12,255 bases of DNA from Chlamydiia bacterium (lineage in GTDB: Bacteria > Chlamydiota > Chlamydiia > Chlamydiales > 2-12-FULL-49-11). Below, piece by piece: positions 1 through 7,624 of the stretch. The position numbers were made by a program, and so were the translations under genes. Under the pieces are notes generated by a model. That model had not been told where the DNA came from. It searched no databases and worked only from the letters and a program-made list of their open reading frames with translations. Position 1 is the first letter of the stretch; every line of letters begins with the position of its first letter. The stretch is from NCBI GenBank assembly GCA_044359535.1, contig JBIKLZ010000033.1, forward strand, positions 1 through 12,255, in the 5' to 3' direction.

Positions 1-766
1 ACTGCGAGCAACTGAAGGTTTTTTAAAATCTCTATTTTCTCCCTTAGACCTATTACTTATAGTTCCTGGTTACTCTGGAGTGTGCAAAAGAATGCAAAAA
101 ATTACTCTCCCGACTCATTTAAAAAAAGGCGTAAGAATTACAGATATAGTTCTTGATTCAACGGGTTTGAAAGTATATGGGGAGGGTGAATGGAAACGAA
201 AAAAGCATGGCATCGGCGGTAAAAGAACTTGGAGAAAGTTGCATCTAGCAATAAACGCTGAAAATCAAGAAATTGTGTTTTCTAAAATCACAAGGGAATA
301 CAAGCCCGACACAACATATATCCCAGAAATTATTCAAGGACGCAAAGGGATGAAAAGATTCTTGATAGATGGTGTTGGTGATAAAAGCTGGTTGTACAAA
401 ATGTTTAGTGAAAAGAATATATGTCTTGTTACTCCTCCTCAAAGAAATGCTAAACTTAGGAAAGAATCTTGGCTTGCGGAGCGAAATAAAGCCATTCTTG
501 CAATCAAAACTTTAGGCAATGATGCGGTTGCAAGAACTATATGGAGTAAATTTTCAGGATATAATAAAAGAGTTACAGTAGAAAGCGCAATAGCACGTTG
601 GAAGAGACTTTTTGGACCTGCACTTCAAAGTAGAAATCAACAAAATCAAGATCTAGAAATTGCTCTTAAATCAAGTATATTGAATAAAATGAAGGTTGCA
701 TAAGAGAAACTTGCTCTACTTTATAAAATGGATCTAGGTCCTTTTAGTGAATTAGGAAACACTCCC
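1..766 (+). mobile_element. IS5/IS903-like insertion sequence, right-hand part
   Basis: Transposase plus a candidate right terminal inverted repeat at 749-766 (GAATTAGGAAACACTCCC). Its reverse complement matches the IS903 18-bp IR as I recall it (GGCTTTGTTGAATAAATC) at 11/18 positions. The left end lies outside the window, so the boundary is unconfirmed. Confidence 0.7.
2..703 (+). CDS. IS5-family (IS903 group) DDE transposase, 5'-truncated by the window edge
   Basis: The frame of ORF 80..703 is open back to position 2 (LRATEGFLKSLF...VPGYSGVCKR), like the IS903-type N-terminal region. Motifs: VLDSTGLKVYGEGEW, KHG, RTWRKLHLAI, LIDG, GYNKRVTVESAIARWKRLFG (D-D-E present), and C-terminal LNKM. 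Confidence 0.93.
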   Translation: MRATEGFLKSLFSPLDLLLIVPGYSGVCKRMQKITLPTHLKKGVRITDIVLDSTGLKVYGEGEWKRKKHGIGGKRTWRKLHLAINAENQEIVFSKITREYKPDTTYIPEIIQGRKGMKRFLIDGVGDKSWLYKMFSEKNICLVTPPQRNAKLRKESWLAERNKAILAIKTLGNDAVARTIWSKFSGYNKRVTVESAIARWKRLFGPALQSRNQQNQDLEIALKSSILNKMKVA

Positions 767-1036
767 TCTCGAAATTCATCTAAAAAGCAGGCTATCATTT
801 CATGATTATATCATAAAACCTATTAATTATATATAATTATAAATAAAAAAATAATTTAATGAAATCATACATCTATAATTATAAACAGCTTGAAAATCAA
901 GTTCTTTATAATTCAGAGTTAAAAAAGAAAAAAATCAAGAGCACCCCGAGTTTAGTGTGCGTAAACATCTAATATACAAATGATTGTAAAAAAAATTACC
1001 TCAGCGGATATGTGCGTTAGGTTTGTTTTTAAAATG

Positions 1037-1109
1037 CGCTCCTGACACGAATTGAACGTGTGACCCTTCACTTAGGAGGCAAATGCTCTATCCACTGAGC
1101 TACAGGAGC
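1037..1109 (-). tRNA. tRNA-Arg, anticodon CCT (reads AGG); CCA end not encoded
   Basis: Reverse complement folds as a cloverleaf: acceptor GCTCCTG/CAGGAGC, D-arm GCTC-AGTGGATA-GAGC, anticodon arm TTTGC-CTCCTAA-GTGAA (two G-U pairs), T-arm ACACG-TTCAATT-CGTGT, discriminator G; 73 nt. Confidence 0.96.
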
Positions 1110-1146
1110 TAAAAATTATTTATAGAAAAGTATCTTTTAAGAAGAT

Positions 1147-1175
1147 AGTATAGAGAAATTGTCTATTATCTACAA
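1147..1175 (-). promoter_or_regulatory. Putative sigma70/sigma66 promoter of tRNA-Arg
   Basis: Minus strand TTGTAG (1175-1170), 17 bp spacer, TATACT (1152-1147), ending 37 nt upstream of the tRNA 5' end. Confidence 0.5.
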
Positions 1176-1200
1176 TAAGTGAAAAAAAGGAGAAGACACC

Positions 1201-2655
1201 ATGAATACACCCTCACATATCGGAGTTATTGGATTAGCCGTTATGGGGCAAAACCTCATTCTTAATTTTAACGATCATGGGTACAAAGTATCCTGTTTTA
1301 ATAGAACAACCTCAAAAGTAGATGAATTTTTAAGCAATGAAGCTAAAGGGACATCTATTGTGGGTTTCCATACCCTTAAAGACTTTGTAGCTTCTTTAGA
1401 AAAGCCCCGTCGTATTTTACTTATGGTTAAAGCAGGAGATGCTGTCGATAGTTTTATTGATGCTCTTACCCCTTACTTAGAAAAAGGGGATATTATCATT
1501 GATGGGGGAAATAGCTTTTATAAAGATACCGAGCGCCGTATTCAAGAACTTGAAAAAAAGGGGCTCTATTTTTTAGGTTGTGGCATCTCCGGTGGAGAAG
1601 ATGGGGCAAGAAAAGGGCCCTCTATGATGCCTGGAGGTTCCAAAGAAGGGTGGCACCATGTCAAAGAGATGTTTCAAACTATTTCAGCTAAAACGCCCAA
1701 AGGGGCCCCTTGTTGTGACTTTGTTGGAATAGGTGGGGCAGGTCACTACGTAAAAATGGTCCATAATGGGATTGAATATGGCGACATCCAGTTGATTTGT
1801 GAGGCCTCTGATATTTTATCTCACCTATTAGGGGTGGATGAAGATGAACTTTCAGAAATTTTTGCTCACTGGAACAAAGGCGCTCTTAATAGCTTTTTAA
1901 TTGAAATCACATCCAAAGTATTTGCTTTTAAAGATAGCGATAACACCCCTCTTGTATCAAAAATTCTTGATGTAGCTATGCAAAAAGGAACAGGCAAGTG
2001 GACGGCAGAAAGCTCTTTAGAAGAAGGGGTTCCCCTTTCAATGATTACAGAGTCTGTTTATGCACGCTATCTATCGACAGAAAAGAAAATGCGTATAGAA
2101 CTTTCAAAGATGTATAAATCTTCTTCTGTCCTTTGCAGCACCGACAAAGATATTGTGATCGATGATGTAGCAGATGGATTATATGCCTCAAAATTGATCT
2201 CCTATACTCAAGGCTATATGCTTATGAAAAAGGCTTCAGAAAAATACAATTGGGGCTTAGATTTTTCTGGTATTGCAAGGATGTGGATGAATGGGTGTAT
2301 CATTAGAAGTGCCTTTTTAGAAGATATTGAAAAGGCCTTTGACAACAACCCCTCTTTAGAAAGTTTATTGCATGATGAATTTTTTAAAAATGCGATGATA
2401 CGCTGTGATAAGGGCTGGAGAGAAACGATTTCTCTTGCCACCCTCCATTCAATACCGTGCGCCTGCTTTTCATCAGCTCTATCTTTTTTTGATGCCATTT
2501 GCTCAGCTACACTGCCTGCTAACCTTTTAATGGGGATTAGAGATTATTTTGGAGCCCATACCTATCAAAGGATTGACAAGCCCCCAACAGAATTTTTTCA
2601 CTCCAATTGGACAGGTCATGGGGGAACTACATCGTCAAAAGCCTATAATGCATAG
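1201..2655 (+). CDS. gnd: 6-phosphogluconate dehydrogenase, NADP-dependent, decarboxylating
   Basis: 484 aa; IGVIGLAVMGQNL Rossmann motif, NRT, LMVKAG, IIDGGNS, GISGGEDGARKGPSMMPGG, YVKMVHNGIEYGD, QKGTGKW, GCIIRS, RDYFGAHTY. AGGAG ribosome-binding site upstream. Confidence 0.98.
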   Translation: MNTPSHIGVIGLAVMGQNLILNFNDHGYKVSCFNRTTSKVDEFLSNEAKGTSIVGFHTLKDFVASLEKPRRILLMVKAGDAVDSFIDALTPYLEKGDIIIDGGNSFYKDTERRIQELEKKGLYFLGCGISGGEDGARKGPSMMPGGSKEGWHHVKEMFQTISAKTPKGAPCCDFVGIGGAGHYVKMVHNGIEYGDIQLICEASDILSHLLGVDEDELSEIFAHWNKGALNSFLIEITSKVFAFKDSDNTPLVSKILDVAMQKGTGKWTAESSLEEGVPLSMITESVYARYLSTEKKMRIELSKMYKSSSVLCSTDKDIVIDDVADGLYASKLISYTQGYMLMKKASEKYNWGLDFSGIARMWMNGCIIRSAFLEDIEKAFDNNPSLESLLHDEFFKNAMIRCDKGWRETISLATLHSIPCACFSSALSFFDAICSATLPANLLMGIRDYFGAHTYQRIDKPPTEFFHSNWTGHGGTTSSKAYNA

Positions 2656-2661
2656 ATTTCT

Positions 2662-2690
2662 TTGCTGTTTAAGCTAAAGTTCATTATACT
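2662..2690 (+). promoter_or_regulatory. Putative sigma70/sigma66 promoter of the YbaK-like gene
   Basis: TTGCTG (2662-2667), 17 bp spacer, TATACT (2685-2690), 27 nt before the ATG at 2718. Confidence 0.5.
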
Positions 2691-2717
2691 TGAAAACTGT
2701 CTACATATGAAAAAATA

Positions 2718-3152
2718 ATGTCTTTAGAAAAAAACTCTATTCAAAAAATTCTTTCTTCAAACGGACTTTCCTATGAAGTGCACCCTTTTTCAGAAAGTAT
2801 CGATCCTGAAACAATTGCCACCTCAGTTATTTTTAAAACGCAATTTACTGGAATTCCCATCCTTATGATCCTTTTGGGAAAACACTGGATCAACGAAAAA
2901 CAGATGCGTAATAAATTTGGGGAAAAACTTATTCAAGGAGATAACACCTTTGTTGAAACAATCACAGGGTTTAATAAAGAGGTTCTCCCCCCTTTTGGCC
3001 ATCAACAACAAATTGATGAGGTCTATATCGATAAACATATTCAAGGTCTTGAAAAAATTTGGATTTTTTCAGGGGTTGTCGATCAAATGATCCTCATGCC
3101 AACAAAGCATCTGATAAAGTTATCTAAGGGAAAAATTTTTTCAATCACTTGA
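2718..3152 (+). CDS. YbaK/EbsC (ProX-like, aminoacyl-tRNA editing fold) family protein, degenerate
   Basis: 144 aa; pattern IAxSVIFK...PILMILLG...FVETITGF...PPFGH...VYID...IWIFSG...L fits the YbaK/EbsC family, but the conserved Lys and the GG of the GGxPP loop are replaced. Confidence 0.75.
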   Translation: MSLEKNSIQKILSSNGLSYEVHPFSESIDPETIATSVIFKTQFTGIPILMILLGKHWINEKQMRNKFGEKLIQGDNTFVETITGFNKEVLPPFGHQQQIDEVYIDKHIQGLEKIWIFSGVVDQMILMPTKHLIKLSKGKIFSIT

Positions 3153-3179
3153 TTAAATCTCTTTCACTTTTTTAGTAAA

Positions 3180-3851
3180 CTACAGTTTAAAATATTCTTC
3201 TAAGCCATCGGCAATAGAGCGGGCTAAAAGTTTTTGATAGTCAGGATGGATCATCTTTTTACATTCTTCAGGGTTTGTAATAAATCCACATTCAATAAGG
3301 ACAGCTGGCATGTTTGTCTCTCTAATGACACAAAGATTGCCATCCTTAATCCCCCTTGAAAAGGCCCCGGTGTTTGCAAGCATTTTTCTTAAAATCGTTT
3401 GTGCAAGCATTTTCGACCGTTTAAGTTTCCATGATTTTCCTGTCTTTGGATAAAAGACCTCTATACCTTGTGCTTCTTTGTTGTGGGCTGCATTGTAGTG
3501 AATACTTAAAAGCACTTGAGACTTCATATCATTTGCAATTTGAGCCCGTTTTTTTAAGGGGACAAACTCATCTCTACTTCGTGTCATTATCACCCGATAC
3601 CCTTTTTTAACAAGTTCAGCTTTTACAAAAAGGGCTGTATTAAGGGCTAAAACTTTCTCTTCGCAAAACTCGTTATGGGTCCCTAAATCAAAATTTCCAT
3701 GTCCAGGATCGATAACAACAATAGGCATTGTATGGTGTTCAGGAATATGATTTTTTAATAGTGTGTCTGTATAGCTTAATCGTTTAGATGGCATACAACT
3801 TGAAAGAAGCCCTAACAAAAAAAGAAAAAAAAGAGATCTAAACTTTATCAT
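3180..3851 (-). CDS. amiA: N-acetylmuramoyl-L-alanine amidase (Amidase_3), probable lipoprotein
   Basis: 223 aa; VVIDPGHG, EEK, MTR, LKKRAQIAN, LSIHYNA, GIEVFY, LCVIRETNMPAVLIECGFITN. N-terminal hydrophobic stretch ends in lipobox-like LSSC. Position directly after murE matches the chlamydial arrangement. Confidence 0.93.
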   Translation of the reverse strand: MIKFRSLFFLFLLGLLSSCMPSKRLSYTDTLLKNHIPEHHTMPIVVIDPGHGNFDLGTHNEFCEEKVLALNTALFVKAELVKKGYRVIMTRSRDEFVPLKKRAQIANDMKSQVLLSIHYNAAHNKEAQGIEVFYPKTGKSWKLKRSKMLAQTILRKMLANTGAFSRGIKDGNLCVIRETNMPAVLIECGFITNPEECKKMIHPDYQKLLARSIADGLEEYFKL

Positions 3852-3862
3852 AGATTTTTTTA

Positions 3863-5305
3863 TTATAAAGCAGCGACCATATCTCTTGCAAGTGTTCTAT
3901 CTGAAGAATAGATCCTTTTCCCTGAAATCTCTTGTCCCTCTTCATGACCCTTCCCCGCAATTAAAATTGTATCCCCTTTTTTAGCTATTTCTATAGCACG
4001 GGCAATAGCATCCTTTCTTGCATAGATCACTTCATAAGGAATTGTTGAAATCCCCTTTTTTATCTGCTCAATAATCTCTATTGGATTTTCGTTTCTCGGG
4101 TTATCATTTGTTAAGATCGCTATATCACAATATCTATTGGCAATTTCTCCCATCAACGGTCTTTTTTCTCGGTCCCTTTCCCCTCCACATCCAAAAACAA
4201 TGATCATTTTTCCTTTAGTTGTTTCCTTTAACGTCTTAAGAACTGTCTGTAAAGCCTCTACTTTATGTGCATAATCTACAATGATTGTAATCCCTAAGTT
4301 GTTTTCAATGTTCTCCATCCTCCCTGAAACAGGGGGAAGGGTTGCTCCACGATGGGCAATATCCTCAAAACTAATCCCTAAAGAATAGGAAATAGCTACT
4401 GCTGCTAAAAAATTTTGGATAGAAAATGTTCCCACATGGGGGATAGTAACTTGTTTTCTTTCATCATCAACACATAGATCAAAGGTAGAACAATCCTTTT
4501 TCAATTCAATCTTTTCAGCAAAAATATCGGCCCCATCCTCTAATCCAAAGGTCACTGCTTCAGGAATTTTTTTCTTCAATTCCCTTCCCCATGGATTATC
4601 GGAGGAAACAACGACAATTCCATCCTTTTTTCGATGTTGTAAAAGCTTTTCTTTTGCTTGTTGGTACTCTTTCATCGTCTTATGATAATCAAGATGTTCA
4701 TGAGAAATATTTAAAAAAGCAACCACATCAAAATAGACCTCATCCACCCTTTTTTGATCTAACCCATGCGATGAGACTTCCATCACACAATTTTTACATC
4801 CCCCAACCCTCATTTCTTTTAATATTTTCATCAAAGAACAGACATCAGGTGTTGTATGAGAACTTTTAAATGTTTTTAACCCTGTATAGGTTTCTATTGT
4901 CCCAATAATTCCTGTTAAAGACTCCACTTCAAGGAGGTGCTTTGTAAAATAAGAGACAGAGGTTTTTCCACACGTTCCAGTAATTCCTATCATTGTCAGG
5001 GGTTCAGATGGATTTTCGAAAAAATTGCTACACATTTTCCCCACAACAAGAGAGGGGTCTTCAACAATCACTTGGGTGACCTTTTTTAAAAAGGGGTTAT
5101 ACATATCTAAAACAATACAAGAAGCTCCATTTTGAATCGCATTTTGAATATAATGATTGCCATCGGTACTATGCCCTTTTTGGGCTATAAAAATGCTCCC
5201 TGGAAAGACCACAGCTGAATGGGTAAAGACCCCTGTGATCTCAATTTCTTTTGAGCCTTTTACTTGAATGGTTTCTACATCCTTTAACACTTTTTTTAAC
5301 TTCAT
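3863..5305 (-). CDS. murE: UDP-N-acetylmuramoyl-L-alanyl-D-glutamate--2,6-diaminopimelate ligase
   Basis: GITGTCGKTS P-loop, TTPD, MEVSSHGLDQKRV, EHLDYH, GRME, VDYAH, VFGCGGERD, DNPR (meso-DAP specificity motif), IAGKGHE. Start moved from 5434 to the ATG at 5305 (MKLKK, 480 aa), which has AAGGTGGAG upstream and does not overlap ftsI. Confidence 0.96.
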   Translation of the reverse strand: MKLKKVLKDVETIQVKGSKEIEITGVFTHSAVVFPGSIFIAQKGHSTDGNHYIQNAIQNGASCIVLDMYNPFLKKVTQVIVEDPSLVVGKMCSNFFENPSEPLTMIGITGTCGKTSVSYFTKHLLEVESLTGIIGTIETYTGLKTFKSSHTTPDVCSLMKILKEMRVGGCKNCVMEVSSHGLDQKRVDEVYFDVVAFLNISHEHLDYHKTMKEYQQAKEKLLQHRKKDGIVVVSSDNPWGRELKKKIPEAVTFGLEDGADIFAEKIELKKDCSTFDLCVDDERKQVTIPHVGTFSIQNFLAAVAISYSLGISFEDIAHRGATLPPVSGRMENIENNLGITIIVDYAHKVEALQTVLKTLKETTKGKMIIVFGCGGERDREKRPLMGEIANRYCDIAILTNDNPRNENPIEIIEQIKKGISTIPYEVIYARKDAIARAIEIAKKGDTILIAGKGHEEGQEISGKRIYSSDRTLARDMVAAL

Positions 5306-5321
5306 ACTCCACCTTCTATTA

Positions 5322-7262
5322 TTATCTATTCCATTGTTCGTATAGAGCCTTAAGCTCATAACTTTCCTTAAACCAATCAGCCTTTTCTTTGTCAGTCCTT
5401 GGATCGTCAGGTGAAAATCCATAAGGATCATCATAGGGGACTTTCATCATTTCTAACGCCCGTTTTCCTATTTCTCTAAATATGGGGGCGGCACATTTAC
5501 CCCCAAAATGAGTAGAACCAAACCCCGTTAGATATTTCTTTTCTGGTTCATCAACAACCACTATTAAAACAAATTTTGGGTTTTTTATGGGAGCGATTCC
5601 TAAAAAACTTGAACAATGGGTGTTTTTTGAGTACTTTCCATCAATGATTTTTTCTGCAGTACTTGATTTTCCCCCTTCAGAATAGCCTGGAATATCAGCT
5701 AATCCTGCTGTTCCCCCTAATTTTGTCGAATACTTTAATGAGTGCATAATGATTTGAGCAATAGATTGAGACAAAACCTTCTTTTTTTCCTTCTTTATAA
5801 CTGTGTGCTTCCCATCAGCACTTACAATTTTATCAATAAGGGTAGGTTCAACAAGGTACCCCCCATTTGCAAATACTGCATAGGCTTTTACCATTTGCAT
5901 TGCATTTACTAAGACATTATACCCAATAGCTAATGAATAGGGGGTAGGTTGTGACCACTGATCCTTCCCATTTAAATATTTCTTCCCATAAATAGGGATC
6001 ATTCCAGAACTTTCATAGGGAAGCTCTATCCCACTTTTTACCCCCAGTCCAAAGATCTGCTCAAGTTGATCTGAGTACCATTGTGGACCTAACGCATCGA
6101 TCACCTTTTCTATCACTCTTGCTGGATATATATTTGAAGACTTTTGAATGGCTAAAAACATGTTTAAATGGCTATGAAGAGAGACATCCTTTAAAGGTTT
6201 GTTTCTCCCTTTAAAAAAGGGATCTTTTGTCGGAACCATTTTTAACGGATCAAAAAGGGGGGCTTTTCCCTCAAGCATCCTCTCTTCATTTGCTTTAAGC
6301 CCTATGGCCATTGTAAGGACCTTCATTAATGAACCTGGCTCGAACACATCGGTGAGGGCTTTAGGTTTTGTCTTTTCCTCACTTTCTTTATCAATAAAGT
6401 ACTCAGGGTAATTTTCTGGTGAAAAAAAGGGATATTGAGCAAGGGCTATAATTTCTCCACTTAATGGATCCATCATCACTGCAAGCCCCCCCTTGCCATG
6501 GACTTTTTCAACCCCTTTTTGTAACTCCTCTTCACAAATGGCTTGAATTTCATGATGAATGGTTAAATAAATATCGCTACCATCTTTTGCCTCCACATAT
6601 CTTTTGGCATCATCAATAGAGTATTTTGGAGAACGCATTAAATACCTTTTTCCCACCTCTCCCTGCAAGTCTTTATCAAAGACCTTTTCAATCCCACTAA
6701 TTGGCAAAGCTTTTCCACTTTTTTCATCCCTTTGTTTATAGACTGTACTTAAGACTTGACCAAGCAAATGATCAAAAGGGTAACTTCTTTTGTAATCTTT
6801 AACAAAGGTAAGGGCATTAAAGGGCAAGGCATACTTTTTTGAAAAATTCTTCCACCACGATTCGACCTTCTCCTTTTTTTCAAGTGAAAGATACTCTGCT
6901 ATTTTTCTAAAGCGAGAGGGTTTATAAAACGAGGGGGAAAAACCCCTTTGTCCTATCAACGCTTCTAACGTAGCAATCATTTCCTCTTTATTTTCCCCTT
7001 TAATTCCCATGGGATCAATATAAAGGTGGTGGGTAAGAACATCCATTACAACACATCGCCCTTTTGGAGAATTTTCAGAACGACAATAAATTTTACCTCG
7101 ATGAAATGGCTCTTTAACGACAAAGTGGTGTTGCTGCTCCCCGATTTTCACCCACTTTTCATGTTCAATCACTTGAATCTTATAATAGTGGACAAAGAGG
7201 GTAGAAAAAAGAAAAAAAAGGATAAATGTTAGAGATAAAGACCTTCCTTTTAGCTGACTCAT
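5322..7262 (-). CDS. ftsI: Class B penicillin-binding protein PBP3/FtsI (division transpeptidase)
   Basis: 646 aa; N-terminal membrane anchor, RGKIY, RSYP, GIEKVFDKDLQG, LTIH, GEIIALA, FEPGSLMK (SxxK), KSSN (SxN), GKSSTAEK (KTG-equivalent). Located between ftsL and murE. Confidence 0.95.
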   Translation of the reverse strand: MSQLKGRSLSLTFILFFLFSTLFVHYYKIQVIEHEKWVKIGEQQHHFVVKEPFHRGKIYCRSENSPKGRCVVMDVLTHHLYIDPMGIKGENKEEMIATLEALIGQRGFSPSFYKPSRFRKIAEYLSLEKKEKVESWWKNFSKKYALPFNALTFVKDYKRSYPFDHLLGQVLSTVYKQRDEKSGKALPISGIEKVFDKDLQGEVGKRYLMRSPKYSIDDAKRYVEAKDGSDIYLTIHHEIQAICEEELQKGVEKVHGKGGLAVMMDPLSGEIIALAQYPFFSPENYPEYFIDKESEEKTKPKALTDVFEPGSLMKVLTMAIGLKANEERMLEGKAPLFDPLKMVPTKDPFFKGRNKPLKDVSLHSHLNMFLAIQKSSNIYPARVIEKVIDALGPQWYSDQLEQIFGLGVKSGIELPYESSGMIPIYGKKYLNGKDQWSQPTPYSLAIGYNVLVNAMQMVKAYAVFANGGYLVEPTLIDKIVSADGKHTVIKKEKKKVLSQSIAQIIMHSLKYSTKLGGTAGLADIPGYSEGGKSSTAEKIIDGKYSKNTHCSSFLGIAPIKNPKFVLIVVVDEPEKKYLTGFGSTHFGGKCAAPIFREIGKRALEMMKVPYDDPYGFSPDDPRTDKEKADWFKESYELKALYEQWNR

Positions 7263-7270
7263 CTAATCCT

Positions 7271-7618
7271 TTATCGCACTTGACCAAGCAATGTATTGCT
7301 TGATCCTTTTATCCTATCCTCTTGTTTTATGACTTTTTTTGATAGTTCTACCGCAAGGGTTGTACTATCTTTGCTAGGAAGCAAATGTGCATATTGTGTG
7401 GTTTTTAATAAATGAAGTAAATAGGAAGGGTTTTCACATTTTTCCACTTCAAATTGCAAAATTGTATTTTGTTCTTCAATGTAACTTAACTCTTTAGAAA
7501 TTTTTGGAAGCTCTATCATTAAAGTGATGACATCATTTCTTGCATGGACATAGGCACATAAAGCCATGGAAAAGGTCATCACACAGAATAAAATTTTTCC
7601 TAAAGGCCCTTTGTTCAT
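7271..7618 (-). CDS. ftsL: Cell division protein FtsL-like
   Basis: 115 aa; short N-terminus, one hydrophobic helix, then heptad coiled coil (ISKELSYIEEQNTILQFEVEKCENPSYL). Canonical position between rsmH and ftsI. Confidence 0.75.
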   Translation of the reverse strand: MNKGPLGKILFCVMTFSMALCAYVHARNDVITLMIELPKISKELSYIEEQNTILQFEVEKCENPSYLLHLLKTTQYAHLLPSKDSTTLAVELSKKVIKQEDRIKGSSNTLLGQVR

Positions 7619-7624
7619 ATCTTC

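Noticed and set aside
800..940. AT-rich tract as a possible oriC unwinding element
   Set aside because: No cluster of DnaA boxes nearby, and it is far from dnaA.
3811..3835. Poly-T runs in the amiA signal peptide (and similar runs in ftsI at 7205-7219) as phase-variation tracts
   Set aside because: Runs are 8 nt or shorter, in frame, and explained by Phe/Leu codons in an AT-rich genome.
5306..5434. 43-aa N-terminal extension of MurE in the ORF track
   Set aside because: It overlaps the ftsI 3' end and has no MurE-like character. The ATG at 5305 has a good ribosome-binding site.
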